64,000 nt of DNA. It comes from Sedimentisphaerales bacterium (GTDB lineage: Bacteria; Planctomycetota; Phycisphaerae; Sedimentisphaerales; Anaerobacaceae). Location of the stretch: NCBI GenBank assembly GCA_963708075.1, contig OY970194.1:4256001-4320000 (forward strand), given 5' to 3'. Under the pieces are notes generated by a model. It saw only the letters and a list, made by a program, of their open reading frames with translations, did no database searches and was not told the origin of the DNA. A program made the translations under genes and the position numbers. Shown piece after piece: positions 13,061 through 23,667 of this stretch (positions within the stretch are counted from its first letter, which is position 1; every line of letters starts with the position of its first letter).

Positions 13061-16000
13061 TTACTTGCCTGCCAGGGCGGAGATCTCAGCGTCCGTCAGG
13101 ACGGTATCATAGATCCGGATATCATCCAGCGCGCCGTTGTACGAGTTGCCGCCGTCGGAGGTGTCAGCTCCGAACTGCAAGGGCGCCTCGCGGTTGGAGC
13201 CAAAGGAGAACGCGGCTTGCACTGTCCTGGCGCCGTTGATGTAGCCTCTGGCGGTCGTACCGTCGAAGGTCACGGCGATATGAATCCACTGGCCGATCGC
13301 CGGAGCGGCGGCCTGCAATACGATGTCGCCAATGCCTTCTCTCTGGAAGCGAAGCACTCCTGTGGTCTGATTGGCCTCGATCTGCCACATCATGGCGCTG
13401 GCGGCCCAGGTGTTGGTTCTCTTGCCGATCAGGCCTTGCCAGGCCGTGGACAGGCCGTCCCACTTGGCCCACAACGCGACGCTGAGCTTGCCCGTCTTCT
13501 CCGACGGATTGAAGGTCCCCAGGTCCACATACTGATGGCCGGATGTCCCTTCGAACAGCATGGCCTTGCCCTGACCCGCCGGGCCGTCCACGTAGGAGAC
13601 CGGGAAGGCCACGTTACCGGCTAATACGCCGTTATGGCCGTTGCCCGAGCTGTCCAGCGTGTCGCCTTCCAGCTTGAAATGAGCCACCAGGCCCACCGGC
13701 ATGATGGGGGCGCCGTACTGGATATCATCGAAGTAGACCTTTCCGGCCGCACCCGCCTTCGGACTGCTGCGGCTGCCGATGCCGATCGTCATCTTCTTGA
13801 TGGCCGCGGCATTTATGCCTGCGAGGTCCTTGAGCGGAATACGCCACTGGGTCCAATCAGCCACGCACGTGGCCTTCAGGTCGGGATGAACGATCGTCTT
13901 CGACTTGTTCGTGCTGTCCACGAGCGTCAGGTACAACGTGTCGGGGCCATTGGCCGGGTTTGGCCCGCCAATGTCCGCCACCTGCCATGTACCCGTGACC
14001 GAGGTGCTCGTGACGACATCGGAGAAGTCGGCGACACAGGCGCCGGCACTGCTGTTGTTGCTGGCCACGCCCATACCGACGAATATGCTGGCGCCCATGC
14101 TGATCGTCTGCGGGTTGGGCGAGGCATCGGCGCCGGTATTCTCCGTGGCCGGTTGAACGGTCCAGGTTGTGCCGTTCGTCGAGTAGGAAGCGGTGATCTG
14201 ATTGCCTTTTCGCTCCAGCTTGACCCAGAACGGCAACGCGATCTGGCTGATATCACTATGAGCGGAGAATGGGGCGCCGCCCGTTGTCGGCCGGTTCTGG
14301 AAGGCCCGCCGAAGATTCGGCGTCACGACCATGAACCCGTATGCAGAACCTGGATCGAGGCTCTCACGGATCATCACGCCGGCCTTGGACCAATCCGCCG
14401 CATAGCTGATGCTGTTGATCTTGGCCGTGATCGTGCCGTCGCCGCTGAGCTTCTTGTACACGAATCGGAAGTGATCGGCCGCGTTCCAGACATCCCCGCT
14501 GGTCGAGCTGACCACGAGATGACCATTGGCCGTCGTATCGAACTTGCCCGGATTGCCTCGGAACCACAGGCTCAGATCGGTGGCGCCGTTAGCCGTCCAG
14601 TTCTGAGGCGTTGACCAGGTCCGATCGACCTCGGAGTAGTACGGACTATTGACGTTGTTGTACTCCACGGGCATGGACTGTCCACTGCCGTGTACAATGC
14701 TCCTCTCCATGATGGCGCCAACCGCGGGGTCATAGCCGACCATCGAGCTTGTGCCGTTGCCCGGATCGCCGTTCGGGAAGAACTCATCTTTCGAGAAGCC
14801 CCAGCCGTCGATCCAGGTCTGGAAGACGCGGTTCGGCGAATCATTGGTATAGCTCTCGAAATCATCGATAGCCGCCCATTCGGTGGTGACGAAGCTCCAC
14901 ACGTTGCCCGGCCAATCGCTGGCGGGAGCGGTGTTCACTTCGTCCACTCTCCAGTAGTACAACTTTCCGAAGTCCAGAGACGGCGGCTGATAGGAGTTGT
15001 CCGTGGTCGTGTCGACCAGAGCTGTGCCATCGACGACCTTCGCTTTATCCGTGTTAAAATAGACCTTGTGAGATGCGGCCACTCGGCCCTCTCGCCAATC
15101 GAACCCGGTGTCCACCGGCACACCCTCCGCGTACTGAGCCGGACTGGGCTGTCGGGCCTGGACCGGGACCTGCGTAAAGCGGACCTCGCTCAAGCCGGCC
15201 TGCTTGAAGAAGATGCCATAGGCACTGTTGATCGTCAGCCGGACGAACCTCGCCTGCACATTGTGCATGTCGATAGTGAACCCGGGGTAGGTATCCGAAC
15301 CATCGGCCTGCGGGAATACCACGCTGTCCAAGGCGGTCCAGGCCGTGCCATCCAGGGAGTACTCGATCAGGACATCCTTGGCGCCCCAGCCGATGGCCAC
15401 TTCCATCTTCTGGTTCTGGTTCCATACCTTCATCTCGTGGATCACGTACGGCTGATCAAACGCATACCGGATCCAGGCCGGCAATTGGCCGAGAGTGCAC
15501 AGCCACATATCCGTATCCGTGCTCGAGTGCACGTCGCCAGTGAGACCTGAGCCATTGGTAGTCTTTTCCGGACCCATGTTTGCCGTCGAGGAGCTGGCCG
15601 TGGCCGTTACTCCGGTGACCATATAGGTGTAGGGCTCGACGCTAAAGCTCCATACGTCGCCCTTCAAGACCGCATTGCTCGGCGGAGCATTGACTTCATC
15701 GGCCCGCCAGTAGTAGGTCTTGCCGTACTCCAGGAGGCCGGCCGGCTGGAAGGTCGTTCCCGTCTGGCCCTTGCTGGCGGCTTGGGTGACATCGGCCTTG
15801 TTGACATCCTCCAAGCTGGCGCCCAGGTACACATTGTGCGTGTTGGCATACTCACCGGCAGTCCAGCCCAGCGCGACGTTGCGCGGTACATCCGTGGCGC
15901 CCACAGCAGGACTCGGGTCCTTGGCCGCTCCGGCAATCACGATCCCGATCTGCACGTTGTCGAAGTGAATGACTCCCGTAGTGCCGGCAGCAGAATCGGT

Positions 16001-16543
16001 GCAGAGGAACACGCTCTCGATGGCGGTGAAGTTCGCGTTGGTAACACTACCGACCACCTTGCCGTTCAGGCTGACGGTGAACTTTGTCCCGTCTTGCTCC
16101 AACACAATGCTGTTGTACACCCCTGAGGTCATATTTGCACCAGCGAATTCGACCCAGCCGGGCCAGCCGCCGTCCAGGGAGTTGGCATGGGTTATGGGGC
16201 CGCCGACCCAGCAGTAGAGCTCAAGGTAGGCGCTGCTTCCCGCGGAGTCGACACGGCAGTGGAAACTGAAGTTGTTATTCGCCAGGAAGTCGAAGGAGAC
16301 TCTCTTCTCGCCCGAAACAGGTCGGGAGATACCCGATCGCGCCCAGTCCGTGGCCTGCGTACCTGAGATCAGAACCTCGTTGTCCACAATCTCGGCCTTA
16401 ATGGTCCCATCCAGCTGAGCTGTCCAACCATTCCCTACAGGGCCATTGGGCCTGTTGAAGTCGTCCTTGAATGTCGACCCCCAGGCGTTGGCAACCGAGA
16501 GCGCACAGACAAGCACAGCGAGTTTCTGGATCTTACCCATCAT
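13061..16543 (-). CDS. Secreted multidomain protein, array gene 3 (ConA/lectin-like N-terminal domain, shared core, second type of insert and LamG)
   Basis: Intact 1160-aa ORF; signal MMGKIQKLAVLVCALSVANAWG; FKDDFNRPNG...HFDNVQI; core as in genes 1 and 2. Confidence 0.85.
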   Translation of the reverse strand: MMGKIQKLAVLVCALSVANAWGSTFKDDFNRPNGPVGNGWTAQLDGTIKAEIVDNEVLISGTQATDWARSGISRPVSGEKRVSFDFLANNNFSFHCRVDSAGSSAYLELYCWVGGPITHANSLDGGWPGWVEFAGANMTSGVYNSIVLEQDGTKFTVSLNGKVVGSVTNANFTAIESVFLCTDSAAGTTGVIHFDNVQIGIVIAGAAKDPSPAVGATDVPRNVALGWTAGEYANTHNVYLGASLEDVNKADVTQAASKGQTGTTFQPAGLLEYGKTYYWRADEVNAPPSNAVLKGDVWSFSVEPYTYMVTGVTATASSSTANMGPEKTTNGSGLTGDVHSSTDTDMWLCTLGQLPAWIRYAFDQPYVIHEMKVWNQNQKMEVAIGWGAKDVLIEYSLDGTAWTALDSVVFPQADGSDTYPGFTIDMHNVQARFVRLTINSAYGIFFKQAGLSEVRFTQVPVQARQPSPAQYAEGVPVDTGFDWREGRVAASHKVYFNTDKAKVVDGTALVDTTTDNSYQPPSLDFGKLYYWRVDEVNTAPASDWPGNVWSFVTTEWAAIDDFESYTNDSPNRVFQTWIDGWGFSKDEFFPNGDPGNGTSSMVGYDPAVGAIMERSIVHGSGQSMPVEYNNVNSPYYSEVDRTWSTPQNWTANGATDLSLWFRGNPGKFDTTANGHLVVSSTSGDVWNAADHFRFVYKKLSGDGTITAKINSISYAADWSKAGVMIRESLDPGSAYGFMVVTPNLRRAFQNRPTTGGAPFSAHSDISQIALPFWVKLERKGNQITASYSTNGTTWTVQPATENTGADASPNPQTISMGASIFVGMGVASNNSSAGACVADFSDVVTSTSVTGTWQVADIGGPNPANGPDTLYLTLVDSTNKSKTIVHPDLKATCVADWTQWRIPLKDLAGINAAAIKKMTIGIGSRSSPKAGAAGKVYFDDIQYGAPIMPVGLVAHFKLEGDTLDSSGNGHNGVLAGNVAFPVSYVDGPAGQGKAMLFEGTSGHQYVDLGTFNPSEKTGKLSVALWAKWDGLSTAWQGLIGKRTNTWAASAMMWQIEANQTTGVLRFQREGIGDIVLQAAAPAIGQWIHIAVTFDGTTARGYINGARTVQAAFSFGSNREAPLQFGADTSDGGNSYNGALDDIRIYDTVLTDAEISALAGK

Positions 16544-16595
16544 ATTTCTCCTTCCAAATCACGCCCGTTATTTGTTGAATCTGGCCGGGACCGGA

Positions 16596-16649
16596 GGCGA
16601 TGACTCCGATCAGCAAGGCCACGGTCAATCAAACGACTCGATCTACGAT
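16596..16649 (-). pseudogene. Fossil of an ancestral signal-peptide coding start upstream of gene 3
   Basis: ATC GTA GAT CGA GTC GTT TGA TTG ACC GTG GCC TTG CTG ATC GGA aligns with the gene 1/2 starts MRxxxVWLTAALLIG; ATG and TGG are destroyed. Confidence 0.7.
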
Positions 16650-16671
16650 AATCTTTGTTCCTTCTGGCTTT

Positions 16672-16740
16672 GTCGCAGCGCGACCTGAACCAGCAAATCG
16701 TGCTTGTCCATCAACACTATGGCCCGGACCATCCAGAGCC
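16672..16740 (-). promoter_or_regulatory. Conserved leader motif, copy 3 (most diverged)
   Basis: GGCTCTGGA-TGG-TCCGGGCC hairpin and GTCGC-GCT-GCGAC. Confidence 0.55.
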
Positions 16741-16781
16741 ATCCCATGTCACGTCCATCACGGCAAAGGGCCTTGCCGTCA

Positions 16782-19700
16782 CTACTTGGCGGCCAAGGCA
16801 GCGATCTCGGCATCGGTCAGGACAATATCATAGATCCGGATATCATCCAGCGCGCCGTTGTACGAGTTGCCGCCGCCGGCGGTGTCCGCCCCGAACTGGA
16901 CGGGGGTCTCGCGGCCCGTGCCAAAGCTGAACGCGGCTTGCACCGTCCTGGCGCCGTTGATGTAGCCCCGTGCAGTCGTGCCGTCGAAGGCCACGGCAAT
17001 GTGAACCCACTGGCCGACCGCCGGAGCGGTGGACTGCAGGACGACGTCGTTGCCTTCCCTCTGGAAGCGAAGCGATCCGTCGGTCTGGTTGGCTTCGATC
17101 TGCCACATCATGGCCGTGCGGTCCCAGGCACCGGTCCGCTTGCCGATGAGGCCTTGCCAGGCCGTGGACAGGCCGTCCCACTTGGCCCACAAGGCAACCG
17201 ACAGCTTGCCCGTCTTCTCCGACGGATTGAAGGTCCCCAGGTCCACATACTGATGGCCGGATGTCCCTTCGAACAGCATGGCCTTGCCCTGACCCGCCGG
17301 GCCGTCCACATAGGAGAACCGGCAAGGCCGCGTTACCGGCTAATACGCCGTTATGGCCGTTGCCCGAGCTGTCCAGCGTGTCGCCTTCCAGCTTGAAATG
17401 AGCCACCAGGCCCACCGGCATGATGGGGGCGCCGTACTGGATATCATCGAAGTAGACCTTTCCGGCCGCACCCGCCTTCGGACTGCTGCGGCTGCCGATG
17501 CCGATCGTCATCTTCTTGATGGCCGCGGCATTTATGCCTGCGAGGTCCTTGAGCGGAATACGCCACTGGGTCCAATCAGCCACGCACGTGGCCTTCAGGT
17601 CGGGATGAACGATCGTCTTCGACTTGTTCGTGCTGTCCACGAGCGTCAGGTACAACGTGTCGGGGCCATTGGCCGGGTTTGGCCCGCCAATGTCCGCCAC
17701 CTGCCATGTACCCGTGACCGAGGTGCTCGTGACGACATCGGAGAAGTCGGCGACACAGGCGCCGGCACTGCTGTTGTTGCTGGCCACGCCCATACCGACG
17801 AATATGCTGGCGCCCATGCTGATCGTCTGCGGGTTGGGCGAGGCATCGGCGCCGGTATTCTCCGTGGCCGGTTGAACGGTCCAGGTTGTGCCGTTCGTCG
17901 AGTAGGAAGCGGTGATCTGATTGCCTTTTCGCTCCAGCTTCACCCAGAACGGCAACGCGATCTGGCTGATATCACTATGAGCGGAGAATGGGGCGCCGCC
18001 CGTTGTCGGCCGGTTCTGGAAGGCCCGCCGAAGATTCGGCGTCACGACCATGAACCCGTATGCAGAACCTGGATCGAGGCTCTCACGGATCATCACGCCG
18101 GCCTTGGACCAATCCGCCGCATAGCTGATGCTGTTGATCTTGGCCGTGATCGTGCCGTCGCCGCTGAGCTTCTTGTACACGAATCGGAAGTGATCGGCCG
18201 CGTTCCAGACATCCCCACTGGTCGAGCTGACAACGAGATGACCATTGGCCGTCGTATCGAACTTGCCCGGATTGCCCCGGAACCACAGGCTCAGATCGGT
18301 GGCGCCGTTGGCCGTCCAGTTCTGAGGCGTTGGCCAGGTCCGATCGACCTCGGAGTAGTACGGACTATTGACGTTGTTGTACTCCACGGGCATGGCCTGT
18401 GCGCCGCCGTGGATAATGGAGGTTCTCCATGATCTGACCCACCGCGGGGTCATAGCCAACCATCGAGCTTGTGGCGTTGCCCGGATCGCCGTTCGGGAAG
18501 AACTCATCTTTCGAGAAGCCCCAGCCGTCGATCCAGGTCTGGAAGACGCGGTTCGGCGAATCATTGGTATAGCTCTCGAAATCATCGATAGCCGCCCATT
18601 CGGTGGTGACAAAGCTCCACACGTTGCCCGGCCAATCGCTGGCCGGAGCGGTGTTCACTTCGTCCACTTTCCAGTAGTACAGCTTGCCGAAGTCCAGAGA
18701 CGGCGGCTGATAGGAGGTGTCCGTGGTCGTGTCGACCAGAGCTGTGCCATCGACGACCTTGGCTTTATCCGTGTTAAAATAGATTTTGTGAGATGCGGCC
18801 GTTCGGCCCCCTCGCCAACTGAACCCGCTGTCCACGGCCACACCTGTGCTATCCACGGCTGGACTAGGCTGTCGGGCCTGCACGGGGACGTACTGGAAGC
18901 GGACCTCGCTCAAGCCGGCCTGCTTGAAGAAGATGCCCCAGGGGCTGTTGATCGTGAGCCGGACGAACCTCGCCTGTACGTTGTGCATGTCGATAGTGAA
19001 CCCGGCGTAGGTATCCGAACCATCGGCCTGCGGGAATACCACGCTGTCCAAAGCGGTCCAGGCCGTGCCATCCAGCGAGTACTCGATCAGGACATCCTTG
19101 GCGCCCCAGCCGATGGCCAATTCCATCTTCTGGTTCTGGTTCCACACCTTCATCTGCTGGATCACGTACGGCTGATCAAACGCATACTGAATCCAGGCCG
19201 GGAACTGGTTGATCGCGCAGAGCCACATATCCGTATCCGTGCTCGAGTGCACGTCGCCAGTGAGACCTGAGCCATTGGTGGTCTTCTCCGGTCCCATGTT
19301 TGCCGTCGAGGAGCTGGCCGTGGCTGTCACTCCGGTGATCGTATAGGCGTAGGGCTCGACGGTAAAGCTCCATACGTCGCCCTTGAAGACCGTATTGGTC
19401 GGCGGAGCGTTGACTTCATCTACTCGCCAGTAGTAGGTCTTGCCGTACTCCAGCAGGCTGGCCGGCTGGAAGGTTGTCCCCGTCTGGCCCTTGCTGACCG
19501 CCTTCGTGATATCGGCGTCGTTGACATCATCATAGCTGGCGCCCAGGTACACGTTGTGCGTCTGGGCATACACCCCCGGCTCCCAACTCAGCGACGTATC
19601 GGCGGGTACATCGCCATCCCCATCGCCGGGGACAGGCTCGAAGGGGCGTGCAACAAGCGTCTTATCGAGCGCAGGCGGCTTCTCCGTGCCCATCCAGATC

Positions 19701-20218
19701 CGATCGACGTACAGATCCGTGCCGTTGCCGGCGAGGTTGAAATGGAAGTCTATGTCGCTGTCGAAGACCCCCGTTCCTCCAACCGTTGCACCCGTGTGGG
19801 TGTACTCGAAGTTGAATGTCTGTGGCTCGGTGGTCAGTTGGATGTCCTGGCTCCAGTACACCTGCCAGCTGTGCAGCGCGCGGGCCTGGATCAGTAGCGT
19901 GACCGGCCGCGGGGCGTCTGCCTTGGCCATGAAGCTGATGTAGTGTGTCTTGCCCTGCTCAAGCTTCAAGTATGAGCGGAAGACCAGCAGCGGATCGAGT
20001 GATCCGGTCCCGATGTCTATCTTCATCGCGTTTCGGCCGGACAGCTTGGCGCCCTGTACGGTGGATATGCCGGTGAAGTTCTCGCTCTGCCACAGGTTCC
20101 AAAGGCTGGTAAGCGTCACCGACTCATCGAATTCCCAGTTGGGAATCTGGTTTTGGGCGCGGGCTGTGACCACAGACAGCGCAACGACAATGACGAAAGC
20201 TACGAACTTGCTACGCAT
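16782..20218 (-). CDS. Secreted multidomain protein, array gene 4 (different CBM4/9-like N-terminus); +1 frameshifts at ~17317 and ~18424
   Basis: ORFs 18365..20263, 16843..18612 and 16782..17309 join into one paralog of gene 3; signal MRSKFVAFVIVVALSVVTARA. Confidence 0.85.
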
Positions 20219-20311
20219 GGTGTGCCCCTTCCAAAAAAAGGTCGAAAAGGAATAATGTGCCACGCATGAATCGTTTCAGTCGATCGCGTCCCTCCGCCGG
20301 AACCACCCGAA

Positions 20312-20365
20312 GGCGATGACTCCGATCAGCAAGGCCGCGGCCAACTAAACGACTCGATTTCTCCT
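20312..20365 (-). pseudogene. Fossil of an ancestral signal-peptide coding start upstream of gene 4
   Basis: AGG AGA AAT CGA GTC GTT TAG TTG GCC GCG GCC TTG CTG ATC GGA GTC ATC GCC. Confidence 0.7.
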
Positions 20366-20387
20366 AATTCTTGCTCGTTCTTGCTTT

Positions 20388-20467
20388 GTCGCGATGCGAC
20401 CTGACCCGGTAGATTTTGCTCGTCCACCAACATTCTTCCAGGAATCACCTGGAATCAGTACTCTCAC
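20388..20467 (-). promoter_or_regulatory. Conserved leader motif, copy 4
   Basis: Perfect TTCCAGG-TGATT-CCTGGAA hairpin and GTCGC-ATC-GCGAC. Confidence 0.6.
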
Positions 20468-20750
20468 AGATTCGCACAGTCCTGAATCACTGTCCTATCG
20501 GCCGTCCTTTAGATAATCTGTAACGGACCTTCGAAGCTATCTCATCAGGGCGCCACGCATACACAACGACCTCCGGTGGTTGTACCCCTGCCGGCGCACA
20601 ATGTGGCAACAGTCACAGAAACCAGGGAATTATGTCGCGCTCTGTATGTACAGTTCGACGGAATTGCACATTACCTCCATCCGGCATAGATACCACTCAA
20701 CTCCGGCGGCCCTGCCAGCGAAGAAACACCTACAGGCCCTTAGCGGCAGT

Positions 20751-20780
20751 ATATTATCAGACTCCCCGCCAGCGCGTCAA
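20751..20780 (-). promoter_or_regulatory. Possible sigma70 promoter of the array
   Basis: TTGACG followed by TGATAATAT (16-18 nt spacer) on the minus strand. Confidence 0.35.
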
Positions 20781-20816
20781 GCGCAAAAAGAGCGATTCCG
20801 CAAGCGGGAGTGACCG

Positions 20817-23348
20817 TTATTGTGACGGGTGCCCTTCTAAATCGAGATAAGGCCATTTATTCGCGGCCTCCGGATGGTACCAGAAGAGTTTCCAATATTC
20901 CTGGTCCAGGGAAAATCCATCCACAGGATCGACGCCCGGGTCGAATTGCGCGGGCAGGACACCGAACCTCTTCATCTCCCGGATGTATTGCCGATTGGGC
21001 TTGAATCCGGGCATGCCATACCTTGCAGTCGCTGCGAGTTGCTGGTTCCGACCTCGGATATCCGTAAGCAGCGTCCGGTAATCCACGTCTTCTGTGCCTT
21101 CAAACTGATGCGGGCAACTGGCCCACCCCCCTGCCGATTTTGGCAGCGGGCCCAGCAACAGGGGCGAACACTCCGGGCGAGACAGGTTCAGCAGCACGTG
21201 TGCGGAAAAACGAAGGTCCTCCTGGCGGACAATGCGTTCATAGGGGGCCAACCGCAGCGTCTTTACTATTTCTGTTCGTTCCTGCTCCGACATCCCCAGA
21301 GGCAGCGGAGGGGCTTGTTTTCCCTCCACATGACATTGCCGGCATCGCTGGTTCAGGACCGGTGATCCAAACGCGGAGTGTAAGGAGCCCTCGCGGGCCT
21401 GGTCCTCGGCATTGCGCAGGGCGGCATAGGTCCCCGCGTACGGCGCCCCGCTTTCCAGCCATAGCCAGATCGTCCGCCACTGATCGGCCGTGACCTTGAC
21501 ATCGTGGTGGGAGCCGTCGATCTTGTGCACCAGCCCGCTCGCCGATGAGCCGATGGTACGCGGCTTCTGGTTTCCAAGACCGTTGCGGCCGTCCGCCACC
21601 TGGCCGGCGGCCAGCAGCGTGTAGTAGCTGATCGACCAGCACACGCCGAGATCGTCGGTCAGTACCACGTGCCCCTGCGGATCGTCGTAGCTGTGGCATT
21701 TGACGCAGTGGGCGTTGAGGATTGGCTGGATGTCCCGGCGGAAGTCCAGTACGTCCGGTAAAGTCTGAAATGGCGTGATCCGGCTTGGGGCCCGCCGGGC
21801 AGCCAGCAGTGCGGCGCTCGCCGTGGAGGCGGGCGTCTGCATCCGCGGCTCGTGGCACCCGACGCAGCCGAGCACTTCGCCCGGCATGATGCTCGTGAAG
21901 CTCTGCATCCGTTTGACGGACAGGTCATTCGCATCCAGTGCGACGAAGAACACCGGCCGGCCCGCGGGAACCTCGAAGTACGCGGAGCCGTCGGACTCCA
22001 CAGGCACCGTGCCCAGGACCCGTTCCAGCGTGAACGTCCCCAGCCAGGAGGTCAGGTCCATGCCGCCGCTGAAGTTCACCGGCTTGGGCAGGATTTCGAG
22101 GACCAGCAGCTTTTTGATGTCGCCGGGCCGGATACCCTCCATGTTTCGCCCGCTGTACACGTTCGCCAGAAGCATCCTGCCGCTGGCGCTGGCGGCGTTC
22201 GTGCGGTCGGTCAGGATGCGCTCGCGGGGCCGCTGTGTCACCGGGATCGGCTCATGGACGTTCGCCCCGCCCTTGCAGGTCAGGACGGGCGTGAGACTGC
22301 CGTCGTACGTCCCGAGGAGAACCCGTTTCTGCGAGGCCACCAGGAAAGCGTCTTTGCCGATAGGCGCCGGATCGTTGCATCCCCACTTGTTCGCGATTCG
22401 GCGGCTGCCCCGCACGTCGTCTGGGCCGTACTGGACCGAGATCGTGCAGACGAATCCCCGATGGTCCGTGCTGCCGTGGCCCGGGGAGTCGATCAGCAGC
22501 AGCGCGTCGCTGCCGGGGATTGGTTTGGCGTCGATGTACAGCGGATAGTGTTCCTGGTTGCCGAAATGTGCCGTCACGTCGGTCCCGTCCGGGTTCATCG
22601 CCCAGAGCTGATGGTATCCCACCTGGGAGCGGTCCACATACTCCCACCGCGTGTAGAGGATTCGCCCATCGGGCAGGACGGCGGGCGTGTTGTCGTGCTC
22701 GATATTGAAAGACAGCGGGCGAATGTTCCCGCCCTGACGGTCGCAGCGAAACAGCGTGCCGACCTGGGTCATCCAGCAGCCGACCCATCGTTCGCTCCGC
22801 GTCGAGACGAAGACGATGTCGCCGTCGGGCAGGTAGATTGCCTCATAGTCATCGAATGGTCCCTGCGTGACCTGCCGCAGCCCGGTGCCATCGATCTGCA
22901 TCTCACAGAGATTGTAATAGTCGCTCCCAGCCCGGCGGTAAGAGAACAGGATGGTCCGACCGTCATAGTGGACATGCGGGTCCCGGATACTCCCGCCGCC
23001 GGCGTCGAGCAGGACGTCGATTTGGCCCGTGGCGGTATTGAGCAGGTACAACGCGCTCTCATCCGGCTTGCCATTGCCGGCGTAGGCCTTGTGATTCTCA
23101 TCGTCGCAGTAGTACCCGATGTTGGCGTACCAATGCGGGTCATCGTAGCCGAGCCGGGTCGCAAAGACCACTTGTCCGATGCCCAACCGGGCCAGCGCCT
23201 CTACGCCCTTCTCGATCTGAAAACGCTGCCCCTCCGCAGGAGATGTCTGCCCATTCACCGTCACCCAGCATGACAGGAGCACAACCGCCAGAGCACATAT
23301 CAGCCGCACCATGTGGTTCATCTTGCGGTTTGCCCGACTCATTGCCAT
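20817..23348 (-). CDS. Exported beta-propeller/cytochrome c protein related to hydrazine synthase alpha middle domain (HzsA-related)
   Basis: LPDGDIVFVSTR, DGRILYTRWEYVDR, LGTVPVESDGSAYFEVPA, MQSFT..MPGE..GCVGCHE, further CVKCH and CRQCH; hydrophobic N-terminus. Confidence 0.8.
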   Translation of the reverse strand: MAMSRANRKMNHMVRLICALAVVLLSCWVTVNGQTSPAEGQRFQIEKGVEALARLGIGQVVFATRLGYDDPHWYANIGYYCDDENHKAYAGNGKPDESALYLLNTATGQIDVLLDAGGGSIRDPHVHYDGRTILFSYRRAGSDYYNLCEMQIDGTGLRQVTQGPFDDYEAIYLPDGDIVFVSTRSERWVGCWMTQVGTLFRCDRQGGNIRPLSFNIEHDNTPAVLPDGRILYTRWEYVDRSQVGYHQLWAMNPDGTDVTAHFGNQEHYPLYIDAKPIPGSDALLLIDSPGHGSTDHRGFVCTISVQYGPDDVRGSRRIANKWGCNDPAPIGKDAFLVASQKRVLLGTYDGSLTPVLTCKGGANVHEPIPVTQRPRERILTDRTNAASASGRMLLANVYSGRNMEGIRPGDIKKLLVLEILPKPVNFSGGMDLTSWLGTFTLERVLGTVPVESDGSAYFEVPAGRPVFFVALDANDLSVKRMQSFTSIMPGEVLGCVGCHEPRMQTPASTASAALLAARRAPSRITPFQTLPDVLDFRRDIQPILNAHCVKCHSYDDPQGHVVLTDDLGVCWSISYYTLLAAGQVADGRNGLGNQKPRTIGSSASGLVHKIDGSHHDVKVTADQWRTIWLWLESGAPYAGTYAALRNAEDQAREGSLHSAFGSPVLNQRCRQCHVEGKQAPPLPLGMSEQERTEIVKTLRLAPYERIVRQEDLRFSAHVLLNLSRPECSPLLLGPLPKSAGGWASCPHQFEGTEDVDYRTLLTDIRGRNQQLAATARYGMPGFKPNRQYIREMKRFGVLPAQFDPGVDPVDGFSLDQEYWKLFWYHPEAANKWPYLDLEGHPSQ

Positions 23349-23667
23349 CGTGCTCTCCTCACACCGACTCCACATCCTCGACGCCCTGCCCTCTCCAATT
23401 GATAGAGTAAGGTGCCGCCCGACTGTTGTCAACATACGCCCGCGCCAGGCAATCGCATCGGGTGCGGCCGACATACGATAGCGGATTCGAGCCGCACAGT
23501 AGAGCGAGCGGGAACGCTCGCCCTACGAAAGACCACATGGACCGCCACTATATTCCGACCACACCCATCGTATCTCGATTGCCTGCCACTGTTCTCAGGA
23601 CAGGACAACAACTCCAGATATGCCTTACTTGCTCCGGATTGGAGTTGGGTGCAGCGTCCGCAGATGA

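Noticed and set aside
5794..20263. Diversity-generating retroelement or CRISPR explanation for the repeats
   Set aside because: No reverse transcriptase, no adenine-specific TR/VR pair, no cas genes and no regularly spaced repeat-spacer units. The repeats are paralogous coding sequence.
20817..23348. Anammox hydrazine synthase
   Set aside because: Only domain-level similarity; partner subunits are absent.
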